A stretch of 63,021 bases of DNA, the filler included, from Sphacelaria rigidula (Eukaryota): NCBI GenBank assembly GCA_964200075.2. It is 8 parts of 8 records of this genome, joined end to end, with 100 filler letters (N's around TTAATTAATTAA, not from the genome) between each part and the next. Parts side by side here need not be neighbours in the genome. Positions count along the whole stretch, not along the records: positions 47,345 to 55,133 come from CAXNAA020013453.1; positions 55,234 to 63,021 come from CAXNAA020013454.1; 6 more parts are not named here. The stretch is one strand, 5' to 3'. Positions 48,237 to 60,619 of this stretch are shown one piece after another. The notes under the pieces were generated by a model that was given only the letters and a program-made list of their open reading frames with translations, was not told the DNA's origin and did no database searches. A program made the position numbers and the translations under genes. Numbering within the stretch: the first letter of the stretch is position 1; each line of letters opens with the position of its first letter.

Positions 48237-51200
48237 CTAGTCTGATTTTGTCCGCTCTGCGCCAGTTACTGTCGTGGTCGGTGCTGCGCCCTGATCTTGT
48301 TGCTGCTGCTGCAACTTGATCTTGTTGAATTCAGACATAAACCTATCCACGGAGAAGGCAACACGAGGCAAGGACGCATGGGATTACAGGAAACCACCGG
48401 TAGAGGTGTTCATTGTTCGCCTAATGGCCGACGGTATTCTGCAGAGAGGGCCTTCTTCGATTCTCTTAATGATGCCTCTTAATCGTATGATATGGCTTAG
48501 CAATCTTCCATCCATCTCAAAGCTTCCATCTCTTGCCAAAAGATGTTTTTGATGACAGGGGATAGAGGTTTTCCATCGTCCTCTTTGCGGACAGGTAATA
48601 CGTGCACCCATCCGAGTGGGTGCACATTCGAATTCCATGTCCACCCTGGGCTAATGGCAAAAACACGCAGTGCCGCATGACCACCCGGACCGCGGTCACC
48701 TAGGCCGCGCTTTCAATTGGGGTCGGCACAATCAACGCAGAGTACAGTGTAGTATCGTACGGTGCAGTGCAGTACATTAACATGATGCTGCCCTCTCTCA
48801 CTACGCGTCGCATGGCGGACTTCCCTTTGTTCGCGTGACGTTCCACTGCCAGCTCGAACATGAAAAAAGTGCTCTGTCACAAGGAAAATGGAAGCTCAAA
48901 ATTCTACTGCATAGTAACGAAGGCAAGAATCGAAGAGGGAAGGCGGAGTACTAACAAAAAAATGAAAATAAAAACTCCCGGCTGATGTTCCCACATATAC
49001 CGAACGGTGTAGACTGGCTTCCAGAATAAACGGGATGACAGCAACAAAAACAATGGTCGCTTGCTTCCCATCCATGTATGATGCACGCCGACAAAGTTTT
49101 GGAGAGAAGAGGCCTGCCGGTTGGTGTACCCAGCCGCACGGAGAATCCAAGGGAGAGAGCGCGGCGTGTACCGGAGCAGACAGCATCATGGCGCCTCCAC
49201 TATGCTCTTCTACCACTTGTATTGATTCTATCGGTACCGCCATGTGCGTCATACCGTCTGTGTAGCATCCGTCCCCTGTGACAGAGCTTCGGTTTTGTTT
49301 CTGTCAAAATATCGAGTACTTGTCACTCACTCCCAGGGTGGGTCATCCATTGCTTCGGCATAATTTTCCAAAAACAAAACAGGGAAAATGTGCAGACAGT
49401 ACAGTGCACCTGACAAAACATGTAGACGAAGCCCAACTGAAACGCGCAGGACAGTACATTGCTGTACAGTACAGTACAGTACAGTACAGGGTTATCTTCC
49501 TTCCTCCCCCCCCCCCCTCCCCCCATCCCTTCGAAGGGTTGGCGTCAGTCGGCAACGACGCTGTAAAACACGCACGCCACTCACTCCGTAAGCCAGGCAA
49601 CCAGGTTACCGTTTTTTTTCTCGGTCGTGTTTTTTTGCGGTAACCATGGCGATGGTCGAGTTAGATCATACTACTGTGGGGATGGGAGAACCTCAACTCC
49701 GCGCAAAGGGGATTGCCGTACTACGTGGTGTTTTAATGGTTAGATATCCATGAACCAGTGTAACCCGTGGCTGTCTCTGAAAGTGGTGACACCAGAACAT
49801 GAAGCCCCTTATTTGAGGCTACCATGTATGCGCAAGGAAGTCAGTACGCTTCGGGCCGCAGGATACAGCTCACCCTTCATGCGACTCGCCGAACACACCA
49901 CGGCGCTTCACGCTTGGTGATTGGAGTGCGAACCTGGTCCGGCGAAAACCCGGAATGCTCCGTCCCGACTTCGTAGGGATGCGAGATCAATGGCCTTACG
50001 ACCACGGCATGCAAGATCATGAGTACCCTCCCCCCCCCCGGTACGCTCTTTCCCTTCGCCCTTCCCCTTGTCTATGGGCATCACCAAAATATCAAAATCT
50101 ACCATACCCCCCTGAGAGCGCAACCTCTTCCTGTCGCCAGCTCAAACACTGAATTTCTTTACCCCCAGCCAGGGTTATTCTGGGCCTTGTATTAATTATT
50201 TCAAGTGAAAATTACGCCGAAGCAAAAATGAATAATCTTGGGCGTGACACGTACTTCATGCCTTCCCAAGAAAAAAAGTGACGCTTTGTCGCAGCGGATG
50301 CTGTACAGACGGTATAGCGCACATGGCGATGCCGATAGACTAAAATAACAAACAGAAGAGCATAATAGAGTCACCACGATGATTATCTGTCCAGGTACAC
50401 GCCACGCTATCTACCTCGGGTTCTCCCTGCAGCTGGGTACACGAAGCGGCAGCGCTCTTCTCTTCATAATTTTTCGGAGTGGATCATACATGGACGGGAA
50501 GCAAGCGAGCATAGAATTTTGAGCTTTGATATTTCAATTAGCTCAGAGCACGTTTTGCGTTTTCGAGCTGGCAGTGGAAGGTCACGCCGACAAGAGGGAA
50601 GTCGACTACGCAACGAGTGGTGAGACAGGAAACATCATGTTACTACGGATCCTGAGGCTAGCGGTGGAACCGACAGAGTCTTTGCTCGGGACACAAGTGA
50701 AGTAGCTTTGACGGTTGGAGTTACTCACCAATTTACCGACGCCATGAGCCCCACCGCCAAAAACCCCATGACGAAAACGTGTATGGAGGCATCTCCACTC
50801 ACGGCCAGCCCCGTAAGGATGAGCAATATCAAAGCCAAAGTCACGTTGATAGCTGGCACCTGTGTATTTTTTTGTGTAAGGGATCAACGAACGCAGTTAC
50901 AGTGTGGTCAAGGAGGAGGGATGAGATTAAACGAGAGAAAGATGCAAAAACACGGGACACCGGAGCACAGACCATGATCGAGTATCGGCAGGTCCGGGCG
51001 CGGGCTCAAGCCTCCGCCAAGGCGATCGGTACTGGGCACCATGAAAACCAGATCCGTCCCCATCCTTGCTTGCTACTTTTATGCATCATAGTTGTACGTG
51101 AGGGACATCAGATGTTTCAAGGTACCTGTAAAGAGATTGTACGGCGAGGGTGACACTTAACCGTATACTGCAGCGGTTCGGAGGTATACGCCGTGCTTTT

Positions 51201-51757
51201 ACCACAATGCACCAAGGCACGACACCTGTAAAATACGTCCCTCTGTATTGTGCATACATGCCGGGGAGTAATAGAGATCCTGGGTGCAATACCGCCAGGA
51301 AAAGAAAAAACGTTTCCCGAGTTCTCCGCTTGCGCGTATTTACAGGCCATACGCGGCGGGAAATAACACCCACTACCGTGCGTGTGTTGTCATCCCGTCT
51401 ATTCTGAACTTCGGTCTACACCTTTCGGTATTAGTGCGCGCATCAGCCGGGTTTATACGGGAGGAAGGTCAACACAGGAGTTTTCCCCCCTTTTTTCTTC
51501 TTTTTAGTACTCCACTTTTTTTTGTGGTGCTTTCTTCATTTTCCATCACGACAAGGGTTCAGCGGTCCTTTTCCCTCATCGACCGTGGAGTCGAATTTTG
51601 TGTGCCTACGACATAGTCGCTCTCCACTGTTGAGCATGGTGCAAGAACAAATCCCAGATCGTGTGACTTCACCGAAATGCGAACCCACGACCCAACCATC
51701 GGAAGGTTTCGAGGTTACCAACTGAGCCACTGGGGCGACTGGTCGTGTATGTGTGTG

Positions 51758-51813
<56 letters not shown>

Positions 51814-53618
51814 GTCCCATCTATTCTGGGCGCCAGTCTACACGTTTCGGTATATGTGGGCGCACCAGCCGGGATCACAGAGGAGGATGGTCGACACAAC
51901 AGCGTTTTCTTTTTTACCTGTTTTTACTACCTCGCCTTCCTTCTACGGTGCTTGCCTTTCTTTTTTATCGCGAGAGGTGTACAGCAATCCCTTTCCCTCG
52001 TCGACTGTCAGGTCCCCTTTTGTGTACTCACGACATAGTCGCTCTCCACTGTTTGTTGGGCGTGGTGTGAGAAAAAAATCCCAGATCGCTCCGAGAATTG
52101 ATCCCACGACCCAACAGTCAGAATGTTTCGGAGTTACCAACTGACCCACCGGGGCGACCGGCTCATACGTAAATGTTAAAAAGGATGTACACTACCCAAA
52201 TTCAAAGTGGGAAATTTGGTGGTTTCTTCGTAATTGACGGTTTTCTTGGGCTTTTTCGCTTGACATCGCTCATCACATTGGGGACCTGAATATACTAGTA
52301 TACGCTCCACATTCCAAGAAAAATCACTTGTATTCAATATTGAGTGACTTACGGGCTGACCGGTCATCGGGGGCCCTGCCACTTTTCAGCCCAGATTCTG
52401 ACTCTTCGGTGTTTTCGGTCGATTGAGCCTCTCCCGATTGTATTTGTGAAGAAATGCTAAGGTCTGTTTTTTTCACATTCAAATTCTACCTACTTACTGC
52501 ACTAGAGCCGAACAACTGTGTCTCACGGTCAATAACACCCTCCTGACAAACGGGGTATCCACTCGTGTCGCCAGATAACATCGACTAGCACTAACTTGGG
52601 CACTAGGGGGGGGGGGGAAAGACGATCCTTTTATTTTACATAAATCTACCGATACCAGAAAATTCAAATTCTATCGAAGAACATACGCGAGAAAAATCTC
52701 AACTCAGGCCGTGCCCATTTCGAACTCGGGGTACTAAATACTAAATACACTCGTCCGTTTTTGGTTGTGGAGCTACCCAAGTGATTCGTACTGTTGTACA
52801 ACAAATTGCTCGCTTCGCTCAGACAATAGACTGCACAGCAGGCACACCCAAAAGTCTTGTTCTTGCCGATATTCATCTTCGACATGCCTACATCTCTGCA
52901 TACACATGGGGTTTTCTCCAAAATCGATCTTGCGAAGTGTTAAGGGTGGACTACTATTATAGCTGAGGGAGGACCAGGCCGACCGTTACAAGTTCTGCTG
53001 GGGCCCCTTCGCCTTGACTTCATGCGAATTCCTGTATGCGCATCCCACATCAGAGGCCCCAGGACGGGGTTATCAGGACCTACAACGGGACGCCAGGACC
53101 TACAACGGGACACCAGGACCTACAACGGGGCATCAGGAAACGGGGTATCGTCTGCCTTGCGCATGTGTGCTGCGCGTGCTAAACGAAACTGAAGGTTGTA
53201 GTGGTACAAAAGTGCAGTACAACGACGCAGTCGGCACAGGTGTGCGGAGCGTCCCGGATAGTATATGTCGATCCGGTCAACGTGACGTTTGTGCCGGAAC
53301 CGTTACAGCGTGGACTACCGCTCCACTGGGCCATTTCCTCCCAAATCATACCCACACAAGACCAATCCCGACACGAGGAACATTCTCATCGGCACCGACA
53401 GGGTTGATTGAAGCAGTGCACCATGTAGTGCATACTTCGCCTTGATCGTGCCTACAGGTCTAGTCCAGTTCAGTACAGCACAGTTGTATCCTGAAACAGA
53501 AATAACCCGCTACAATGTAAAAGGGCACTCTTACCAATCGGACGGCAGTCCCGGGCTTCATAATGAGATCCACCAGCCAATTAGCTGCACCACCACCGCT
53601 TCTTCCAGGTTCTGCCAT
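48237..53618 (-). CDS. PKR1: V-type ATPase assembly factor PKR1-like ER membrane protein, complete (106 aa); exons 53618-53535, 50859-50729, 48342-48237
   Basis: MAEPGRSGGGAANWLVDLIMKPGTAVRL|VPAINVTLALILLILTGLAVSGDASIHVFVMGFLAVGLMASVNW|FMSEFNKIKLQQQQQDQG..KSD*; Pkr1 pattern (I.xPG, N.T, two TM helices, SIH, NWF..E); intron phases 0 and 2 are consistent. Confidence 0.85.
48775..50645. mobile_element. Long-TIR non-autonomous DNA element with nested insertions, in PKR1 intron 2
   Basis: Arms ~48775-49272 and ~50295-50645 are inverted (taacatgatg..ttccactgccagctcgaa / ttcgagctggcagtggaa..catcatgtta); a SINE fragment sits at ~48960-49045 and repeat modules at 49530-50030. Confidence 0.75.
51375..51745 (-). 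mobile_element. tRNA-derived SINE, copy 2
   Basis: Minus-strand head gtcgccccagTGGCTCAGTTGGtaacc..gtcgtgGGTTCGCATTTC (Pol III A and B boxes); body homologous to the neighbouring copy. Confidence 0.75.
51746..52165 (-). mobile_element. tRNA-derived SINE, copy 1, with (CA)n tail (51750-51812)
   Basis: Head gtcgccccggTGGGTCAGTTGGtaac..gtcgtgGGATCAATTCTC; ends agatgggacaac(ac)n. Confidence 0.75.
53074..53138. repeat. 20-bp minisatellite, 3 copies
   Basis: caggacctacaacgggacgc caggacctacaacgggacac caggacctacaacggggcat. Confidence 0.88.
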
Positions 53619-54521
53619 GATAGCTGTACCTCTGCCTGCTTCGCAACTCTCACTGTTGTGTACCCACTCTGCCTCTACGGCGCGCACGCGCCGATGGACC
53701 AAGCGATTTTCGCCAAACGCAGGACTTCTCGTACCCACATTTGGATACTGACTTTTCAAAGCGGTTGTAATCGTCCCGCACGCTCAGCTATGGAATCAAC
53801 GAACCGGAGAGGGGCGGTCGCAGGCTTGACGTGCAGCCTATCATGGTGAGATATATAGAAAGGGATACACTATCAGGATATTTCCCGTGGATTTTATTGG
53901 AAATCAACGGTGAAGTTGGTGCTATTTTGCTTGTTCAGAGTTTCGACATAGCGGGTTCAGATATTTTGTTCCATGTTGCGGGAAGTGCCGCCGCCGAACA
54001 TCGCTGCTCGTGAGCTGTTTCAACCTCGATTTTCTCGCGAGGGAAGTCTTTTTAGTCCCGAGAGATCTCTCCTGTCGATATTCATCGACATCAAAATTCG
54101 TAGGAACAACAGCGTTCGGCGGTGTTGCCGTCGCAGTTACTTGAAAGATCACGCCTGAAAAATGAAACCTGCCGCCCCTGAGGGTACTGTATGCTATTTC
54201 TCAGTCCCCATCAGTCGAATGATATCGGAAGTGTGCAGGGCGCATAGCAGGTCTATCTGTGGTTATACAGTAGTTATACGACACTTTTTGGACAGATGCG
54301 CGACACTTGTGTGCCGTCTCAGATCGGGGTCAGATTGGGGCTGGCAAGCACTTGGTAGCTTGTTTTGCTTGACTTCTCGGCGTGCCTTGAATTCATCGTG
54401 GAGCCCCCCCGGGCGATGTACTCAATCTGCATGTCTTGGCTGCGACAGTACTGACTGCTGACTGCTCTCTATGCTATGATCTCTACTCCTATTTCATTAG
54501 CGTGCAGCGTTCCTCAACTCA

Positions 54522-54711
54522 GGCCCTGTCTTATCAAATTGTTTTCGACTCGAAAGCTTACGGTGGAATTGAATTTGCTCGTACCTGACACGTCCACGGT
54601 ATCCATGTTCTTAACCATCTGAAAAAATGAACAGCATGGGCGAATCAGGAACGAGCAAATTCGATTCGACCGCACGTTTTCGACACGAGGACAATTTGAT
54701 AAGACACGGCC
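54522..54711. mobile_element. 190-bp PIF/Harbinger-type MITE
   Basis: TIRs ggccctgtcttatcaaattgt / acaatttgataagacacggcc; TCA duplication at 54519-54521 and 54712-54714. Confidence 0.85.
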
Positions 54712-54714
54712 TCA

Positions 54715-55133
54715 GGCGGGCTCTTATCAGAAGAGATTATCACTTTTCAAAAAATCACTTTTGGAGAAGTGATTGCCCCCACAACAACCAGTGCTGTGTC
54801 TTATCGACGGGCAGTTTTGTTCAGATCGAAGCCCAGATCTGCGCACAAGTAAAAAATGCGGCGGTTCTGGAAGTGGCCGTTAGTCCAAAATGTCTGTACT
54901 GCTGCGGACAAGACGCAAAGAGGTAGCACAGCGCCGACATAGCTATCCACGAAAACAGACGGATAGACATTCACCAATCACGCGCATTAGCTCAAGCGCT
55001 AGCTCTTCATCATCTACACACGACAGCCTTTGTTTGACAGAAATCCGTCGAGTATTAGATGAAAGGCGGCCGCGTGCGTGTCAACTAGCAACCGAAAACG
55101 TGCTGTTGCTGACTATTTTTGAGCGTGTGCTGT
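54715..55133. mobile_element. Second copy of the 776-bp Harbinger MITE, truncated by the contig end
   Basis: Colinear high similarity to 22286-22703. Confidence 0.9.
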
Positions 55134-57461
55134 NNNNNNNNNNNNNNNNNNNNNNNNNNNNNNNNNNNNNNNNNNNNTTAATTAATTAANNNNNNNNNNN
55201 NNNNNNNNNNNNNNNNNNNNNNNNNNNNNNNNNCTTTTGCCGGGTGATACACTCTCAAACAGCCCGCCGCTTGCGGACGCTTCTTCCTTTTGCCGCTTTT
55301 TTTTTTTTTGTCTCGACAGGCCTGCAATACAGGGTCTGTTTTCTCGAGACAAAAAAATAGTACAGTTGGCGAGAAACGACGCCCAAAAGTCAGGACGTTG
55401 ACTGGTCGCCGGGTGGGTTCATGGTTGCTGCGACGAATCAACATGATACTCGGGAGTAATATACACATGTATATATGATATATATATATATCACGTAGCA
55501 TATTATTATCCTGCTTTTGAGTGTTATGAATGTTCCGTTTCTCGCTTCTCCATTATTACGTTCTGCCTAGATAAACACGGCCTCGGTATATATGCAATAT
55601 TTGATGTTCTCGCAACACTGACTGCGTATCACCAAGTACATCACCACCACAGTATACACTTCAACGTCCAGAGAATCAGAGACAATATCTGGTTTTCTCA
55701 CAGCTACGAGTGGCCGAAAAACATTGCCCAACGAACTGGGGACAAAAAAATGACTCACGGGGGGAAAATGCCGGTGGACGGTGTGAAATCCTCAGATTTG
55801 TACAACTACAGACTGGTCCCATGACTATGCTTTTGTCATCTACCTGGATATATGGCGTGGACAGGTAGCCATCACATCATATAGTATGGCATGCAGTCAG
55901 TGGTGGTGTGTGGGCTCATCGTTTATTGATGCTACCGCGCGTCCCACGATATATATATATATATATATATGGCCCCGGCGAATATGCCCCTCAAGATCGA
56001 CCCCAGTTCTGTTGACCAGTGAAGTACACAAGTACGTACGGCTGGTTCGAAACTCCCTCGAAATAATGAGGAACAAGAGGCAACATGAAGCGGGTAAACT
56101 TTCGTATTGGGACACATCTGTCAGCATTTTATTGTACGATTCAACAGTGTCATTTGCGCTCCAGATCCTACTATGGGCACTGGCTGTTGACCCAACTACA
56201 CGCGGAGAAAGGAGAGGACGTTTCACAATCACAATGGAGTACCGTATACTGTCCGGCGTTCGCACAATATAGCATCGTATCACGCCAGGATAATGGTACA
56301 ATCAGTACATCATTTGGTACAGCTTACCCACGTGCAAGCGAATGTCACGATATAACAGCTGTAATTGACCCGTGCCGGTGTAGACAGACACTGTATATGT
56401 GTCCTCTGCGGTAGGATAATCTGCTCGACGTTTTGTGGCATGATGAAGCAACAGCTATAAAAAGCCAGAGGTGGGGTCTCACCAACCCTCGACCTTGGCG
56501 ATGCATGGTTGATTTTTTTTGTTCTGGCTGAAGGTTGAACCTTTCATCAATCCTTCGACCGCTAGCGTGGGTCCGTCATCCGTGTCTTGAATTTGCTCAA
56601 GTGAAAATGATGCCTGAGGCGCAATGGCGGTCACATGGTTGATGCGGACCCTAATCATGACCGCCGCCGACAGAATCGGAGAGTCTCCGGAAGGGAAATG
56701 GGTACATACGATGTTGTGAGAAAGCTCAAGTCAACTCCTCTAGGGCCGATTTGAGCCGAAACGCAAGCAGAGCACGCACGGCGAGCTCTTGCCCGAGTCT
56801 GTAAGCTATTTCATGAGCGCTTGTGATATTTTGAAAAGGAATATTGGGCGTTGAGTTGGAGAAGGGAACTTTTGCTGAGGAAATTCCGGTTTGCAGTACA
56901 GGAGTGTAGGGTGAACAGTGTGAGTCGGATACGTTCTCATACTACAGCATGAGCGCTCCTTTAAGCAGCTGTTGTCGCATACCCAGGAGGACGTTGGCGT
57001 GGTGGGTATGATCGTACTATATTCATTCGCTGAGGAGACACTTGTAGGAAGAATGCAGAATCACGTTCGCGCTATACTTTCGAGAGGTGCGCATATCTCG
57101 TACGTTTTTCGTTACACTTATGTTGGCTAGATACGGGGGGAAAGGGCAGTTCTGCCGTGTCCGGCAGTCCGGCACAACATGGTGTACAACATGGTGCGCA
57201 GTGCTGATAATGTAAATGATTATGATCTGATGGTGCATTAATTATTCAAAGTTCTCGAAGCTGAGTGTACTACTTATTGTATGCTGTAGGATAGAGAATA
57301 TACAGAGAGGTACACATTATGAGCATCACTTTTCCCCGTTGTCCATGAAAAATCGCAGATCATATGCTTCGACATCGACATGCACCACCAGTACCCAGGC
57401 GAACATACAATATGCACCATCTGCTGACGTGCCACATGTGCAACATGTCCCACCCGAGTAG

Positions 57462-57600
57462 CCGGTTGCACATTCTGTGATTTTCGCTCCGAGAAAGCTC
57501 GCAAGATCTGTTGAAACATTTCCGAGCAGCCGGGTGCAAGTTCTGTGATTTTCGCTTGAGAAAGCTCGCAGCATCATCTATCTGTTGAAACACTTCCGGC
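57462..57600. repeat. ~66-bp tandem duplication inside a probable non-coding repeat element
   Basis: ccgg.tgca..ttctgtgattttcgct..gagaaagctcgca..atctgttgaaaca.ttccg occurs twice. Confidence 0.8.
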
Positions 57601-60587
57601 GGGTGTTGCATGTTGCATGTCCGGTTACATCAAACGAGCTGTGTCTTGTTCCTCCGGAGGTATACCGGCGGCAGGAAGTCTGTACAAAAGCAAGTACATT
57701 TGTACCATTTGCAGTTGTACGTACACACACATTTAGTCTACAACGAAGCTCTGCTGCTTCGATCTGTGGGAAGTATGCTCTAGCAAGTGCACCCCCAATA
57801 GGGACCGCGTAAATCTAGAATATGCTACGACGTAGGTTTTCTTTTTTTATATCATCAATCAGTTAGTCTTTCAAAAAAAAAAAAACAAGATTACATATGG
57901 GGTCACCGTCACTGTGACTGCGGGTAAGAGCAATATGCATGGGTGTAGATACCTTACCGTCAAAACATCACACCCTCCCCACATACCGCCCGCAACGTCA
58001 AGGCACGCAGCGAATTTTGTTCACCTCGAAAGAGACAGCGTCAGAGATTGAGCAAAGGATACGGCGGATATTTACTGCCTGCCGTTGGCTGACTGAGGTA
58101 TGTGCTTTTGCAAAAATAGTGGGTGTGGGCAGCGTCATGTGACTTGCGGATGTCCATCATACAATGTCAAACTGTTGGAACCCTCCGCCCCCTGTATAGC
58201 ATGGAATCTTTCCCTCCCATGAAATACCCATGAAATGCGTGTCGCGATCAAGGCCTTGACGGGCGCCACTTGAGCAAACTTTACTACCAGCCCTGTGTTA
58301 TTTCTGCCTGTTGCCAATCGCCAACGAAGGGTGCAAGGTACGACGTGATATCGATCTGCAAGATCTGGTCGGTTCGGGCTCTGTACTGGTGTCTGGATGT
58401 TTCGTTCGCGGTATCATGTCATGTGCTTCAGCTTTCGAACATCAACTCATGTGCACAGCGACTACGACTGGTTTGCACTTTGCCAGTGTCGGTGACGGTA
58501 GTACTTCGGCGATGAGGAAATTTTAGCAATGTACTGCATGGCAGAGTACCCAATCTAGGCGGCGTGCGAGGGGTATCGCGATAGAATGACGTTGCAGGAA
58601 CAGTGCGTTCATATAGCCAGTACTCAGACAATGCTACTTTAGTACCGACAGAACAAATAGTACAGCACAATACAGCACAGCAGAGCCAGTACAAAACGGT
58701 ACTGTATCGCCCCACTCTATCGTGCCACGTACGCCCAGGTATATTTGAAAATCTCCCTATGTTGCTGTCACATTGAACAAACTGCTGAGACTTGGCCGAT
58801 TTTTTGCCGTGGTAAGCGTCCCGTCACCCCACATCCAGAAAGCTGTGCTTCGGTTCTGGAAATTGTGAAGACGCAAAAAATGAAGGGATCCCAGTTGGTC
58901 TCTGTTGTGCACATGTACATGCCCCACATGTGTACATGGCATTCTGGCGGCTGATGTTGCTCGATTTCGATTTGAATTTTGAAGGGTCCGAATCCATGTT
59001 CTTTGTGCACATGCACCTCGATGTGTATGCACCATCAGCACTTGGCGGGTGTTATGAAACACCCCAAGCACATTTTTGGTTCTCGCATATCTTGCTGCCT
59101 CTCCCGCCAAATCCACGTAGTTCTCTGTCGGGCCTTTGCACTTGCTCATCAATTAAAAGCGTGATTCTGTGCACACTGCATGACTTGCACAGCCGGTTTA
59201 ATTCCCATGTCGGCAACAATAGACTGCAGACAACCGCAAAAACAGCAACAGCAAGGAGAGCTGTCGACATTGTCTACGGATGACGCTCGATCCCACCGAA
59301 AGGCCGGTTTACAACGGGCCGTTACAGCGATGTAATTCCTCGCTGTCGACTTCGTAGATCTCTGTGATTCAACAGAGAAGAGAATTCTCACGACTGGATG
59401 TGTCAGCTACCAATCCTGAAACTCGAAATTTAGCAACACGATCGAAGTGTAGTATAGAACCAGCTTTACCGGTAGACCGCGAGGCTAGTCTTCCGTTGAA
59501 TCGGCATCAATTTCAAGTGAGATAAAGTATGCATGGTCCAGAAAGACTACTCTCGCGGTCGAAGGGTTAACCCTTGGATGGCGAGAGTAGGTCAACTGTT
59601 GACCCGGCATCAATTTCACTTGAAAAAAGAAAGCATGATCCAGATGGACTACCCTCATGGTCTAAGGGTTAATGATTAAAGAAATAGAGCATATCAATAT
59701 TTGGTTCAGACCAGCTGCCAGATGAATGTGCTGTCCCCCTGTAAGATCGACGCGATGAACACCGCGGCTTCACCGAGGTTATCTCATCGGCTGAGAGTGG
59801 AGATGCCGTAATGATCCCGAACCATCAAAGAGTATAATCTTCACCCGTGAGTGCCGCATTGAGATGATGCGTCAGTCCCAGTTTTCGATAACGATTGCCC
59901 CTCCTGGCAGCCATCCTTAGCAGCCACTAGTCACTAGCTATTGCAGCGTGCTGTAGTAAGACCACGTCACTCGCGACCGCACGTAGCGCAAGGGATTTGT
60001 CATCCCTTAGTTCGAGATGAGGGTGCGAGTACGGGGGTCCGAGTTGGCGCTAGTCTTGGCATGTGAGAGTTTTATTGTAACCTTGTATAAGACTCTGACT
60101 GAGTGTTTTGAAGTTCGAACACATGTGCATGTGCTCGCGAAGTTCTCAGTTTGCTGTGCTCCACCCAGCATCAGGTGCTGATGATGCGTATGGTGTCTTC
60201 CCGCATCGAGCAATACTCATGCGTAGCAATTTCATCTTATACGCTGGTTGTGCGCATGTACATTATATCCACCAAATTTGGTGATCTCCTTGTTCAAGCC
60301 GTCTGACATACTCCGTGTATCGGTCCGGTGTCCCACTGGCCGTTCACGTTCAATTTCAACACCGGTTGAAAACGCCTCTTTATTTTCGTAGATGATGAAT
60401 GTCACGGATTTTCTATCTGGACGCTCCGCATTTCCCGAGGGTGAGATGGAGGATGCAGCGAGTATGGTCGATAACGATAATGGTTGAAATATATCTTTCA
60501 TGTCAAGGAGGAACATTCCCGTCGACGCTGAGGCATAAGACTAGATGTCTTGGGGCAAGGAAAGATCAAGTCGATCCCTGCTTTGAT

Positions 60588-60619
<32 letters not shown>

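Noticed and set aside
51690-51745. Functional tRNA gene
   Set aside because: A and B boxes are present but there is no proper cloverleaf or acceptor stem; it is the head of a repeated SINE
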